The notes below the pieces were generated by a model. That model was not told where the DNA came from. It worked only from the letters and a program-made list of their open reading frames with translations, and searched no databases. This document shows, in pieces, positions 1-10,002 of a DNA stretch of 64,000 nt (positions within the stretch are counted from its first letter, which is position 1; every line of letters begins with the position of its first letter). The position numbers and the translations under genes were made by a program. Origin of the DNA: Candidatus Didemnitutus sp. Lineage in GTDB: Bacteria > Verrucomicrobiota > Verrucomicrobiia > Opitutales > Opitutaceae. Where the stretch lies: NCBI GenBank assembly GCA_017991595.1, contig JAGOQJ010000001.1, forward strand, positions 604,410 to 668,409, in the 5' to 3' direction.

Positions 1-640
1 CGAGGTCGCTGTGTTGGTCGCCGATATTGGCGATGATCGTGTAGCCGTCGGCGGTGATCTTCTGGCGCATGGCGGTCTTGAACGCCTGCGTGGGTCCGCC
101 GAAATCGTTCGGCTTGAAGTGCAGCCCGGCGTAGTCGGCGAGGCGCGCGTCGCGCAGGTTTTTCTCGGTGCCGGGCGCGTCGGTGGTCTTGCGGCCCGTG
201 AGGTAGAAGATCGCGACGTCGTAGGCGCGCGCTGTCTCGTAAACTGTGCGCATCGATTCGATGGCGGGGCCGTCGGCGTCGGCGACCCATTGGTCCCACA
301 GCGCAGGGACGTAGCCGAAGTCCATCTCGCGCATGTGGCGGAGGTTCGAGAGCACCGTTTCGTCGATATCGAGCACGATCGCGAGTTTGCCGCCTTGGCG
401 GGCGCGCTGCTCAATCCAGGCCTTGGCTTGGGCGGCGACGGAGGCGATGCTGGCGTCGTAGTCGCCGCGATCGATGTAGGCTTTGAGTTCCTGTTTGAGG
501 AGGAACAGATTCGGCGGCTCGGCGACGGTGACGCGTTCAGTCGCAGCGGCCGGGAGCGTCGATTTGGGCGGCTGGTTGCAGCCAGTGAGAAACAGCGCCA
601 GCGCGAAGGGGGTCGCGAGCGCGAGCAAACGTTTAAGCAT
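1..640 (-). CDS. HAD-superfamily class IIIB acid phosphatase lipoprotein (C-terminus beyond window start)
   Basis: Minus-strand translation starts MLKRLLALATPFALALFLTGC (lipobox) and contains the DIDETVLSN HAD motif I with class B acid phosphatase-like downstream blocks; the ORF runs off the window edge, so it is absent from the ORF track. Confidence 0.6.
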   Translation of the reverse strand, partial: MLKRLLALATPFALALFLTGCNQPPKSTLPAAATERVTVAEPPNLFLLKQELKAYIDRGDYDASIASVAAQAKAWIEQRARQGGKLAIVLDIDETVLSNLRHMREMDFGYVPALWDQWVADADGPAIESMRTVYETARAYDVAIFYLTGRKTTDAPGTEKNLRDARLADYAGLHFKPNDFGGPTQAFKTAMRQKITADGYTIIANIGDQHSDL

Positions 641-709
641 CGCGCCACAGTGCGGAGTGGCGCGGAAAATTCAACCGGTTTAGGGCAGGACGGGCCGCGC
701 CCGGATCGC

Positions 710-1405
710 TCACCACCAGCCGGCAACGAAGCCTTGGGCGTATTTGATGGCGAAGACGCCGAGGTTCTTCGCCGCATGCGCGGCGATGCACGGCACGAGC
801 GAGCGCGTGGGATTCCACGACCAGAAACGCACGGTGTAGAACCACAGCGAGGAGGCGAAGACCACGGCGGTGCTGAACCACGCTTTCGGTCCGAAATCAA
901 ACTGCAGCACGCCGTCCTTCCATTCCCACAGGAACGGATGTAGCAGCGCAAACACGACGGAGGCGCCGACGATGCCGCCGATCAGCGCCGCGCGGCCGCG
1001 TTGTTCGATCACGATATAGCCGCGGAAGATGAGTTCCTCCGCAAAGGCGGCGGCCAACGTATAGAGACCGAAAAGCACCGTGATGCTGCTTTGCTCGCCG
1101 CTGATGCCGAGTGCGTATTCGCCGGCGGTCTCTGCAGCCAGCAGCGCGAGTGCTCCGAGCACGGCGACGAGGGTGGCGATGGGGCGAAGCGAAGGCACGG
1201 CGCCGGGGAATGCGCGGGGATCGGCCCGGCCCGCGCGGGCGGCGCGGTAGTCGTCGAGCCAGAGTTTCCCGAAATAACCCACGGCGGCGAGCATGACGAT
1301 GAGGAGCAGCGGTTGGTCCTGGCCCATGAGGCAGACGAAACCGGAATTGCCGCGGGTCAGGCAAGAACTGCGTGAGCTTTTTGTTAGCTTTTCGAGGTTC
1401 GCCAC
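710..1405 (-). CDS. CPBP family intramembrane metalloprotease (CAAX protease / Abi family)
   Basis: EELIFRGY and FALLHP motifs in a multi-TM protein; true start may be internal (MGQDQ...). Confidence 0.7.
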   Translation of the reverse strand: MANLEKLTKSSRSSCLTRGNSGFVCLMGQDQPLLLIVMLAAVGYFGKLWLDDYRAARAGRADPRAFPGAVPSLRPIATLVAVLGALALLAAETAGEYALGISGEQSSITVLFGLYTLAAAFAEELIFRGYIVIEQRGRAALIGGIVGASVVFALLHPFLWEWKDGVLQFDFGPKAWFSTAVVFASSLWFYTVRFWSWNPTRSLVPCIAAHAAKNLGVFAIKYAQGFVAGWW

Positions 1406-1412
1406 ATAGCCT

Positions 1413-2456
1413 GTGCGCCTGATGTCCGGTCAGATTGCACCTTCCTTCTCCCTGTCGAATGATCCCGCCGCTGTATTCCAACGGCTGGGGCCGCAGATGG
1501 CTGCGCTCGATCGCTTCATGCGGGACCAGGTCGCGCAATTTGAGCCGGAAATCCGCGACATGGCCGCCTACTGCCTCGAGACCTCGGGCAAGCGGTTGCG
1601 GCCGACGCTGGTGTTCATCGCCGGCTGGCAGGGCGAGAACGTCGTGAGCGACCCGTTGGTCCGCGCCGCTGGCGTGGTGGAAATGGTGCATCTGGCGACG
1701 CTGGTGCACGACGATATCATGGACCGCGCCGAGCTGCGCCGCAGCCGGAGCACGGCGACGCGCGAGTTCGGGCCCGATGCGGCGGTGCTGATCGGCGACG
1801 CGTTGTTTTCCCAAGCCCTGCATGTGGCGGCGCAGTTTCCGACCACGGACGTGTGCCGGATGGTGTCGGAAAGCACGCGCAAGGTGTGCTCGGGCGAGAT
1901 CATGCAGACGCTGCATCGCCGCGACATGGGAGTGACGATGGCGGATTACTACCGCGTCATCGACCTGAAGACCGCGGAGCTTTTCCGCGTCTCCTGCCAC
2001 CTCGGCGCGAAGCTCGCGGGTTATCCGGAGGAGTTTGTGCGCGCGGCCAACGATTTTGGCCGGCACCTCGGCATCGCCTACCAGATCTACGACGACTTGG
2101 TGGACTTCCTCGGGGAGGAGAAAAACATCGGCAAGACGCTCGGGACGGACCTCGCCAGCGGCAAGCTGACGCTGCCCCTCATGCGTTTGCTCGAGAAACT
2201 GCCCGCGGAGGAGCGCGCCGAGATCGTGTCGGCCATGCAGCAGGGGCGGCCGTTGCCCCTCGGCGTCAACGTCGCCCGCATGCGCTCGCTGGGGATCGGC
2301 GTAGAAGTGGCTCAAGCGGTCGATGAGGAACTTCAGCGCGCGGCGGACGTCCTTAAGCCTCGCGCCGGACTCGCTCCGGTGCCGCTGTTGTTGCAACTCA
2401 GCGATTTGCTGAAGAAGCAACTCGCCGGGCTGTCGGCTTCCGCGTCAGTGCACTAA
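1413..2456 (+). CDS. Polyprenyl diphosphate synthase (IspB/heptaprenyl-octaprenyl type trans-isoprenyl diphosphate synthase)
   Basis: Two aspartate-rich motifs LVHDDIMD and IYDDLVDF, the GKRLRP motif, about 340 aa. Confidence 0.8.
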   Translation: MRLMSGQIAPSFSLSNDPAAVFQRLGPQMAALDRFMRDQVAQFEPEIRDMAAYCLETSGKRLRPTLVFIAGWQGENVVSDPLVRAAGVVEMVHLATLVHDDIMDRAELRRSRSTATREFGPDAAVLIGDALFSQALHVAAQFPTTDVCRMVSESTRKVCSGEIMQTLHRRDMGVTMADYYRVIDLKTAELFRVSCHLGAKLAGYPEEFVRAANDFGRHLGIAYQIYDDLVDFLGEEKNIGKTLGTDLASGKLTLPLMRLLEKLPAEERAEIVSAMQQGRPLPLGVNVARMRSLGIGVEVAQAVDEELQRAADVLKPRAGLAPVPLLLQLSDLLKKQLAGLSASASVH

Positions 2457-2501
2457 TTCGCCGTTGCCTGCCGGACGGCCCCTGACCACCTTCACCTTGC
2501 G

Positions 2502-3131
2502 ATGAATTTCTCGAAGGTCTTCACCAAGATCCTCGTCACCTCTCCTGAGCGCCAGCAGGAGGCGGATACGGATTTTACCATCGTAAAGCGCGTCCAAGCG
2601 GGCGAAGTCGCAGCCTTCGACGTGCTCATTCGCAAATACCGGGAGCGCCTGTTCGGTGTGGTTTATAACCTCACCTCCAACCGTGAAGATACGGCTGATT
2701 TGGTGCAGGACGCCTTCATCAAGGCCTTCCAGTCGATCAACCGCTTTCAGGGGCAGTCCTCGTTTTTCACCTGGTTGTATAAGATCGCGGTCAACACGAC
2801 CTTAAGCCACCTGCGCAAGAACCGTCTGCGCACGTTTTTCAGCCTCGAAAAAATCCAGCAAGACGAGCCCTCGTCGGAAATCCTCGCGCAATTGACCGAC
2901 AAGACCGGCGCCGACCGCGATACCTACCTGCACGAACTTCAGGAAAAATTGAACGAGGCGCTGCAAAAACTGTCTATCAAGCATCGAACCGTCATTACCT
3001 TATTCGAGATTGATGGACTCAGCCACGGTGAAATTGCCGACATCATGGAGTGCTCCGAAGGCACGGTTCGCTCGCGACTTCACTACGCTAAGCAATTCCT
3101 CCAAGGCGAATTAGGAAAATACCTCCGCTAA
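2502..3131 (+). CDS. ECF (sigma-70 family, group IV) RNA polymerase sigma factor
   Basis: Region 2 (DLVQDAFIKAF, FFTWLYKIAVN) and region 4 HTH (LSHGEIADIMECSEGTVRSRL). Confidence 0.8.
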   Translation: MNFSKVFTKILVTSPERQQEADTDFTIVKRVQAGEVAAFDVLIRKYRERLFGVVYNLTSNREDTADLVQDAFIKAFQSINRFQGQSSFFTWLYKIAVNTTLSHLRKNRLRTFFSLEKIQQDEPSSEILAQLTDKTGADRDTYLHELQEKLNEALQKLSIKHRTVITLFEIDGLSHGEIADIMECSEGTVRSRLHYAKQFLQGELGKYLR

Positions 3132-3139
3132 ATCTCTGC

Positions 3140-3955
3140 ATGTCTCACCCTTCCCAACGTCGCAAAGTCACCGTCGAGGACCTCCTCCAGCTCAAGCGAG
3201 CGGAGCGTCCGGATCAGGAATTTTGGTCGAAGTTTGAAGTCGAGCTGCGGCAGAAGCAATTGGCCGCTCTGGTCGAGCGTCGCCCGTGGTGGCAGCAACT
3301 GCCCTTGGTGCTCGGCCGCCGCGCCTATCTCCCGTTGGGCGCCACGGCTGTGATGGCGTTCACGCTCGTTTCCGTCCGTTACTATCAACCGGCCTCCTCG
3401 TTGGCGGCCGATGCCGAGCACATCGCCGCTCCTTCGGCGGCGGTGGCTGCTGCGCCCGTGGTGCCTCGTCACGACATGGAGCTGCCAGCCGATGTTGCGA
3501 GCGGGCAGGGGGCTTCCGCCTTGGCGGTCGATGACCGCACGTCCGTCGCTGCCGTCCAACTTTCCGAGCGCCTGCCTGCGCGGGCGGGCGAGCTCGTCCC
3601 GTGGAGCGCCCCGCGAATCGAAGAAACGCCCTCCGCCCGTTCCATCGCGGCCAACCTCGCACGCTTGGAGGAAAACGATCCCGAGCTCGTGAATCGGTTC
3701 CTCGCCGGCGGCTTCGGTCAGGTGATCGATGCGGTGCCCGCGGCGACCCACGCCGTCGAAGTCGCGGCGGTCGCTGCGCTCTCGTCCCGCCAGAACCGCC
3801 TCCTCGCGCAGATGGGCGAACGCCAATTCGCACCCGATCCCTCCGCCCCCGAAGTCATGCGCGAGCGTCTCTCCCGCCGGCTCGGCGACACCGAGTTGTC
3901 CGGTGGCTGGACTCGCGTCGGCCTGAAGGGCGACCGGGTGTCGTTGAAATTCTGA
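3140..3955 (+). CDS. Putative anti-sigma factor / hypothetical membrane protein co-transcribed with the ECF sigma
   Basis: Begins 9 bp after the sigma-factor stop; has one predicted TM segment (AVMAFTLVSV) and an Ala/Pro-rich periplasmic tail; no recognised catalytic motif. Confidence 0.4.
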   Translation: MSHPSQRRKVTVEDLLQLKRAERPDQEFWSKFEVELRQKQLAALVERRPWWQQLPLVLGRRAYLPLGATAVMAFTLVSVRYYQPASSLAADAEHIAAPSAAVAAAPVVPRHDMELPADVASGQGASALAVDDRTSVAAVQLSERLPARAGELVPWSAPRIEETPSARSIAANLARLEENDPELVNRFLAGGFGQVIDAVPAATHAVEVAAVAALSSRQNRLLAQMGERQFAPDPSAPEVMRERLSRRLGDTELSGGWTRVGLKGDRVSLKF

Positions 3956-4043
3956 GGGACTTCCTCCGTCGTTCGGACTGGGCCCGCTGTGCGCGGGCCT
4001 TTTTCATTTTTGCGCATCGCGTGTCACTGCCTACCGTGGCGGC

Positions 4044-5447
4044 ATGAGAACCGAGCGCGATTCGATGGGCGAGATGGCGGTGCCGGACGATGCGCTCTAC
4101 GGCGCCTCCACCCAGCGCGCCGTGCTGAATTTCCCGATCAGCGGCCATCCGTTGCCGGCTCCCTTCATCGCGGGCCTCGGTCTGGTGAAGTGGGCCTGCG
4201 CCCGCGCCAACGAAGACCTCGGCCTACTCGCGCCCGCCAAGAGCCGGCTCATCCAACAAGTCGCGCTCGAGATCGCCGCCGGCGAGCTCACGGCCCATTT
4301 TCCCGTCGACGTCTTCCAGACCGGCTCCGCGACCTCGACGAACATGAACGCGAACGAGGTAATTGCCCGTCGCGCGTTGCAACTGGCCGACACAGGGGCG
4401 TCGACTCCGCTGCATCCGAACGACGACGTGAATCTCGGGCAGTCGTCCAACGACGTCATCCCCACGACCCTGCATGTCAGCGTCGCCGCGGAGCTGGATC
4501 GGCACCTGATCCCGGCACTCGCCGCGCTTGCAGTCGAGCTCGAGCGAAAGGCCGAGGCCTGGCGCGATATCGTCAAGATCGGCCGCACGCACCTGATGGA
4601 CGCGACGCCGTTGACGCTGGGGCAGGAATTTTCCGGCTACGCGGCGCAGGTGCGCAAGGCGGGCGAGCGCGCGCAGCGCGCCGTGTCCGTGCTCGGCGAA
4701 CTCGCCATCGGCGGCACGGCGGTCGGCACCGGTATCAACACGCATCCAGAATTCGGGGCGCGCGTCGCCGGCCTGTTGAGCGAGCGCACCGGGCTCACGT
4801 TCCGTGCGGCGGCCAATCACTTCGAGGCCCAGGGCGCGCGCGACGATTGCGTCGAGGTCGCCGGCCAGCTCGCCGCCATCGCCGCCGCTTTGACGAAGAT
4901 CGCCCACGATGTCCGCTGGCTGGGCTCCGGCCCGCGCGCGGGGTTGGCCGAGCTCCGGTTGCCCGCGACCCAGCCGGGCTCGTCCATCATGCCGGGCAAG
5001 GTCAACCCGGTGATGAGCGAGATGCTCGTGCAAGTCTGCCTCTACGTGCAGGGGCTCACGCAAACCGTGCAACTGGCCGGGCGCGACGGGCACTTCGAGT
5101 TGAACGTCACGCTGCCGCTCATGGCGCATTGTCTTCACGAATCAATCCACTGTCTCAGCCGGGCGGTGCGCGTTTTCACGGAGCGTTGCGTGACCGGACT
5201 CGAGGCCGATGCGGAACGCTGCCGTGAACAGGTCGAGCGTTCGCTCATGCTCGTCACGGCGCTCAATCCGCTCATCGGTTACGATGCCGCGGCGGCCGTG
5301 GCAAAGGAAGCTCACGCCACGGGCCGCACTCTCCGCGCGATCGTGCTGGAGCGCCGGCTGCTCGACGCCGCCACGCTCGACGCGGCGCTCGATCCGCGCG
5401 CGATGACGCGTCCGGGCGCCCGCGCACCGGGCGCGAGTGCGGGCTGA
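4044..5447 (+). CDS. fumC: Class II fumarate hydratase (fumarase C; aspartase/fumarase superfamily)
   Basis: N-terminus RDSMGEMAVPDDALYGASTQRA is FumC-like; GQSSNDVIPT block and GSSIMPGKVNPV signature loop; 467 aa. Aspartate ammonia-lyase cannot be fully excluded. Confidence 0.65.
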   Translation: MRTERDSMGEMAVPDDALYGASTQRAVLNFPISGHPLPAPFIAGLGLVKWACARANEDLGLLAPAKSRLIQQVALEIAAGELTAHFPVDVFQTGSATSTNMNANEVIARRALQLADTGASTPLHPNDDVNLGQSSNDVIPTTLHVSVAAELDRHLIPALAALAVELERKAEAWRDIVKIGRTHLMDATPLTLGQEFSGYAAQVRKAGERAQRAVSVLGELAIGGTAVGTGINTHPEFGARVAGLLSERTGLTFRAAANHFEAQGARDDCVEVAGQLAAIAAALTKIAHDVRWLGSGPRAGLAELRLPATQPGSSIMPGKVNPVMSEMLVQVCLYVQGLTQTVQLAGRDGHFELNVTLPLMAHCLHESIHCLSRAVRVFTERCVTGLEADAERCREQVERSLMLVTALNPLIGYDAAAAVAKEAHATGRTLRAIVLERRLLDAATLDAALDPRAMTRPGARAPGASAG

Positions 5448-5533
5448 TGCACTTCGCGCGGGACCGCGCGACGCGGCACGCCGGTCGTGCGTTGCCGCTT
5501 TCCCTTCACGTTCGACGGACTGCCTCCTTTCCC

Positions 5534-5953
5534 ATGCGACTCCATCAAACCACGCTCACGCTGCGCACCGCCGGCCAGGGCACCTACGAATTCACGGCCG
5601 AGATCGAGCGCGAGCTCGCACGCAGCGGGCTGCGCCAAGGCGTCGTGACGGTGTTCTGCCGCCACACCAGCGCGAGCCTCGTCATCATGGAAAACGCGGA
5701 CGACTCCGCGCGGCGCGACCTTGAGGCCTGGCTGCAGCGACTCGTGCCGGAGGACGATCCTCACTTCGAGCACACGCTCGAAGGTCCGGACGACATGCCG
5801 AGTCACATCAAGATGGCTTTGACGCGGACGAGCGAGCAGGTGCCGTTCGCCGAAGGGCGGTTGTTGTTGGGCACGTGGCAGGGCGTGTTTCTGTGGGAGC
5901 ACCGGCGCGCCGGGCACACACGGAGCATTGTGCTCACGTTCACCGGCGTCTAG
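5534..5953 (+). CDS. YjbQ/UPF0047 family protein (secondary thiamine-phosphate synthase-like)
   Basis: MRLHQTTLTLRTAGQGTYEFTAEIE... matches the YjbQ N-terminus; about 139 aa from the internal Met. The track ORF starting at 5447 probably carries a spurious N-terminal extension. Confidence 0.65.
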   Translation: MRLHQTTLTLRTAGQGTYEFTAEIERELARSGLRQGVVTVFCRHTSASLVIMENADDSARRDLEAWLQRLVPEDDPHFEHTLEGPDDMPSHIKMALTRTSEQVPFAEGRLLLGTWQGVFLWEHRRAGHTRSIVLTFTGV

Positions 5954-5962
5954 AGGTGTGGC

Positions 5963-7531
5963 ATGCGTCACCTGTGGATCGGATTACTCGCCGGAACGAC
6001 GGCGCTGGCTTTGGGTTTGCGCGCCGCCGAGCCGGCGCCCGGTGGAGAGCGCGGACGCACCCGGCTCGTCACGGTGCAGGCGGATGGGCGCATCGCCTAC
6101 CAACCTTACACCGCGCGGGGCGATGTGCTGCCGGACTTCTCGCATTGCGGCTATCGGGGCGGCGGCGTTGAGCTGCCCGCTGTGCCGGTGCGCGAGGAAC
6201 TCTCTCCGGTGCCTGACGCAGGCGATGACACGGCTCGCATCCAAGCTGCGCTCGATCGCGTCGGTGCGTTGCCGCCTGACGCGGCCGGCTGGCGCGGCGC
6301 AGTGTTGCTGCGGACGGGCGTCTATCGGCTCGCCGGGCAGTTGCACGTGCGGCACAGCGGCGTCGTGTTGCGCGGCGCCGGCATGGGGCCGGAGGGCACG
6401 ACCTTGGTCTCCACAACCCGCCAGCGCGAACCGCTCATCGTGATCGGCGGCGCGCGCGGACCGCAGGAGTCCGCGGCGGCGCAGACGGAGATCGCGGACG
6501 ATTATGTGCCGGTGGGAGCGACGAGTTTCCGCGTGCGTGACGCCGCCGGGTTTGCTCCCGGGCAAACGGTCTTTGTGGTGCGGCGCGGCAACGCGGCGTG
6601 GATCCGCGCGATCGGCATGGATCGCATCCCGCAGCGGCCGCAAGGGCCGGAGTCGCAGCAGTGGAAACCGTTCGATCTCAAATTCGACCGCGTGATCACT
6701 GCCGTGGAGGGCAACCTCGTGACGATTGATGCGCCCATCGCCTGCGCGGTCGAGCGGCCTTGGGGCGGCGGGGCGCTGGTGCGCTACGACGATCCGGAAC
6801 GGATCGAGCATTGCGGGGTGGAGGACTTGCAGGCGGTTTCGGTGGTCGACTTGGAAAAACGGGCGAAGCAAGGCGGGGAGACGATCTTGGTGGACGAAGA
6901 CCATGCAACGCATCTGGTGAGTTTCGGTGCGGTGAAAAACGCCTGGGCGCGCCGGCTCGCGACGAAGCAGTTCTATCACGGGCCGGCGATGATTCAGCGG
7001 GAGGCGAAATGGATCACCGTGGAGGGATGCGTGTCGCTCGAGCCCGTCTCGACCATTCAAGGCCAGCGACGCTATGCGTATCACATTGAGGGCCAGCTCG
7101 CGCTGGTGCGCGATTGCCAAGCAGATCGCTCGCGGCACGCGTTCGTCTTCGGTTCGCGTGTGCCCGGGCCCAACGTGTTCCTCGATTGCCGGTCCACGCG
7201 CGATTACTCGAGCAGCGAGCCGCATCACCGCTGGTCGGTGGGTGGGCTCTACGACAACGTCAATGCCCGCATCGCGATTCAAGACCGGCTGTGGATGGGC
7301 AGCGGGCACGGGTGGTCGGGTGCGAACTACGTAGCGTGGAACTGCCGCGGCTCGCTCATCGTGCAAAAACCGCCGACGGCGCAAAATTTCGCGATCGGCT
7401 TCGTCGGGCAACGCGGCAAGGAGGCGTTCCCGGGTCGCCAGCCGGGCTGGTGGGAAAGCGAGGGAGCTTTCGTGACGCCGCGCAGCCTCTACGAAGCGCA
7501 ACTCGCGGCGCGCTTGCAAAAAACGGAGTAA
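5963..7531 (+). CDS. Secreted right-handed beta-helix protein, pectate-lyase superfamily (Pectate_lyase_3-like N-terminus)
   Basis: Signal peptide MRHLWIGLLAGTTALALGLRAA; DDTARIQAALD motif typical of the pectate-lyase-3/GH28-like N-terminal domain. Confidence 0.5.
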   Translation: MRHLWIGLLAGTTALALGLRAAEPAPGGERGRTRLVTVQADGRIAYQPYTARGDVLPDFSHCGYRGGGVELPAVPVREELSPVPDAGDDTARIQAALDRVGALPPDAAGWRGAVLLRTGVYRLAGQLHVRHSGVVLRGAGMGPEGTTLVSTTRQREPLIVIGGARGPQESAAAQTEIADDYVPVGATSFRVRDAAGFAPGQTVFVVRRGNAAWIRAIGMDRIPQRPQGPESQQWKPFDLKFDRVITAVEGNLVTIDAPIACAVERPWGGGALVRYDDPERIEHCGVEDLQAVSVVDLEKRAKQGGETILVDEDHATHLVSFGAVKNAWARRLATKQFYHGPAMIQREAKWITVEGCVSLEPVSTIQGQRRYAYHIEGQLALVRDCQADRSRHAFVFGSRVPGPNVFLDCRSTRDYSSSEPHHRWSVGGLYDNVNARIAIQDRLWMGSGHGWSGANYVAWNCRGSLIVQKPPTAQNFAIGFVGQRGKEAFPGRQPGWWESEGAFVTPRSLYEAQLAARLQKTE

Positions 7532-7654
7532 CCCGCGCGCCGGCACACGCGGCCGGCGGGTGGAGCCGCGGCTTGACGGCACGCTGACTGAGCGGTTTGC
7601 TGTCCGTGGATGTCACTTACGGAGATTGTCTGATTGGCCCCTGGCCGAGCACCG

Positions 7655-7687
7655 GCCGCATTTCGCGGCGGGGCTTTTCTTTTTTCC
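7655..7687 (+). terminator. Candidate rho-independent terminator
   Basis: GCCGCatttcGCGGC stem-loop followed by GGGGCTTTTCTTTTTTCC, about 120 nt downstream of the 5963..7531 CDS. Confidence 0.4.
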
Positions 7688-7794
7688 CGGCAGCCTGCAT
7701 GCAGCGAGGCGGTGCCGGTCCGGTCAGGGCGATGCGGCCCGCGTGATGCGCGGGATTTTCCTCACCAGCCAATCCAGCCGGGATTCTTCATCCC

Positions 7795-8160
7795 ATGTCA
7801 GACTCTTTCAGTTCGTCTCCGCCGCGCGCCCGTCGGGCGGATAAATTATCCTATCTCAAATGCCGGCATTGCGGCGGCGAGTTCTCGCTCGACGCGCCCG
7901 GCACGCGGCATCGCAACCACTGTCCGTGGTGCCTGTGGAGCGTGCATCTCGACGACACGCCGGGCGATCGCGCGGCCGATTGCGGTGGAGGCATGGAGCC
8001 GATCGCCATTCATGCGGCGTCAGACGGCGAGTGGCTGCTCGTGCACCAGTGCAAGACGTGCTTCGCCGTCCATGTGAACCGGATCGCCGGCGACGACAGT
8101 GAGCGCGAGTTGCTCTCGCTCGCGCTGCGTCCGATCCGGAACACGCCGTTCCCGGTTTGA
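7795..8160 (+). CDS. RNHCP domain-containing protein
   Basis: Contains CRHCGGEF...RHRNHCPWCLWSVHLDD...HQCKTC, the Cys-rich RNHCP signature. Confidence 0.6.
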   Translation: MSDSFSSSPPRARRADKLSYLKCRHCGGEFSLDAPGTRHRNHCPWCLWSVHLDDTPGDRAADCGGGMEPIAIHAASDGEWLLVHQCKTCFAVHVNRIAGDDSERELLSLALRPIRNTPFPV

Positions 8161-8208
8161 CGGACCGGCCGTGGGCGGCGTGGCGCCGCTCACGGCCACG
8201 GTCACGGC

Positions 8209-9846
8209 TCAATGCGGCGCACAGATGCCGCAGTTCTGGACGAAGAAGTCGTTGCCCTTGTCGTCGACGAGGATGAACGCGGGGAAGTCCTGCACCTCGA
8301 TCTTCCACACGGCTTCCATACCGAGCTCGGGATACTCGTGCACCTCGACCTTCTTGATCGAGTCCTGCGCGAGGATCGCCGCCGGGCCGCCGATGCTGCC
8401 GAGGTAGAAGCCGCCGTATTTCTTGCAGGCATCGGTGACCTGCTTCGAGCGGTTGCCCTTCGCGAGCATCACCATCGAGCCACCGAGCGACTGAAAAAGA
8501 TCGACGTAGCTGTCCATGCGGCCGGCCGTGGTCGGGCCAAACGAGCCGGAGGCGTAACCGGCGGGCGTCTTCGCGGGGCCCGCGTAGTAAACCGGGTGAT
8601 CCTTGAAATACTGCGGCAAGCCCTGGCCGGCATCGACGCGCTCCTTGAGCTTCGCGTGCGCGATGTCGCGCGCGACGATCATCGGGCCGTTGAGCAACAC
8701 GCGTGTCGTGACCGGGAGCTTCGAGAGTTCGGCACGGATTTTTTCCATCGGCTGGTTCAGGTCGATGCGCACGGCGCTGTCGTCTTTGAACGTCCGCATC
8801 TCGGCCGGAATGTAGCGGCCGGGGTTCGTCTCCATCTGCTCGAGGAAGACGCCGTCCTTCGTGATCTTCGCCTTGATGTTGCGGTCGGCGCTGCACGAGA
8901 CGCCCATGCCCACGGGGCAGCTCGCGCCGTGGCGCGGCAGGCGTATGATGCGAACATCGAGGGCGAAATACTTGCCGCCGAACTGCGCGCCCACGCCGCT
9001 TTGTTGCGCGAGCTTGAGGACCTTGGCCTCCATCTCGAGATCGCGGAAGGCGCGGCCGTGCGCGTCGCCGGTGGTCGGGAGCGTGTCGTAGTATTTCGTC
9101 GAGGCGAGTTTGACCGTCTTCAGGCAGGTCTCGGCGCTGGTGCCGCCGATAACGAACACGAGGTGATACGGCGGGCACGCGGCGGTGCCGAGCAGCTGCA
9201 TCTTCTCGACGATGAATTTCTCGAGGCTCTTCGGGTTGAGCAGCGCCTTGGTCTCTTGGAAGAGGAAGGTCTTGTTCGCGGAGCCGCCGCCCTTCGCGAC
9301 GAAGAGCAGTTCGTATTTCGAGCCTTCGGTGGCGTAGAGGTCGATCTGCGCGGGGAGGTTCGTGCCGGTGTTGACCTCCTTGAACATGTCGAGCGCCGCG
9401 GTCTGCGAGTAGCGGAGGTTCTCCTTCGTGTAGCACTCGTAGATGCCGCGCGAGAGCCACTCGGCGTCGTTGGCGCCGGTCCAGACTTGCTGGCCCTTCT
9501 TGCCGAAGACGATGGCGGTGCCCGTGTCCTGACACATCGGGAGGATACCGCCGGCGGCGATCTCGGCGTTTTTGAGGAGCGTCAGCGCGACGTAGCGGTC
9601 GTTGTTCGACGCCTCCGGATCCTGGAGAATCGCGGCGACCTGCTCGACGTGCTTGGGACGGAGAAAGAAGTTGGCGTCGTGCAACGCTTCGCGGGCGACG
9701 TAGGCCAGCGTTTCGGGCGCGATCTTGAGGATTTCCTTTCCTTCGAAGGTGGCGGTCGAGACGCCTTCCTTGGTGAGCAGGCGGTAGGCGGTGTCGTCGG
9801 CGCCGTGGGCGAAGGTATCTTGGTAGACAAACGGAGGCGTAGCCAT
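8209..9846 (-). CDS. fumA: Class I (Fe-S dependent) fumarate hydratase, FumA/FumB type
   Basis: Near full-length similarity to E. coli FumA: [64 protein letters not shown] blocks. Start taken at MATPPFVYQ. Confidence 0.9.
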   Translation of the reverse strand: MATPPFVYQDTFAHGADDTAYRLLTKEGVSTATFEGKEILKIAPETLAYVAREALHDANFFLRPKHVEQVAAILQDPEASNNDRYVALTLLKNAEIAAGGILPMCQDTGTAIVFGKKGQQVWTGANDAEWLSRGIYECYTKENLRYSQTAALDMFKEVNTGTNLPAQIDLYATEGSKYELLFVAKGGGSANKTFLFQETKALLNPKSLEKFIVEKMQLLGTAACPPYHLVFVIGGTSAETCLKTVKLASTKYYDTLPTTGDAHGRAFRDLEMEAKVLKLAQQSGVGAQFGGKYFALDVRIIRLPRHGASCPVGMGVSCSADRNIKAKITKDGVFLEQMETNPGRYIPAEMRTFKDDSAVRIDLNQPMEKIRAELSKLPVTTRVLLNGPMIVARDIAHAKLKERVDAGQGLPQYFKDHPVYYAGPAKTPAGYASGSFGPTTAGRMDSYVDLFQSLGGSMVMLAKGNRSKQVTDACKKYGGFYLGSIGGPAAILAQDSIKKVEVHEYPELGMEAVWKIEVQDFPAFILVDDKGNDFFVQNCGICAPH

Positions 9847-10002
9847 GGGCCTTACCCTGACCAACCGCGGGGCCGAAAACAAGGCGCGGTCCTACTTAGC
9901 GGCGCACCTATAACCGCGGCGCGTTATGACGACAGAGAAACTACACGGCGCAGGCACGAGGCCCGGTAGGATCAGGCTCGGCGAATCGGCCCGAGTGGGG
10001 CG

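Noticed and set aside
11-943. 310-aa + strand ORF at the window start
   Set aside because: Low-complexity product; the opposite strand encodes a convincing HAD class B phosphatase (DIDET motif) and a CPBP protease.
7856-9969. 559-aa (-) and 585-aa (+) ORFs overlapping the class I fumarase
   Set aside because: The fumarase frame has near full-length similarity to FumA; the others are Arg/Pro/His-rich shadow frames.
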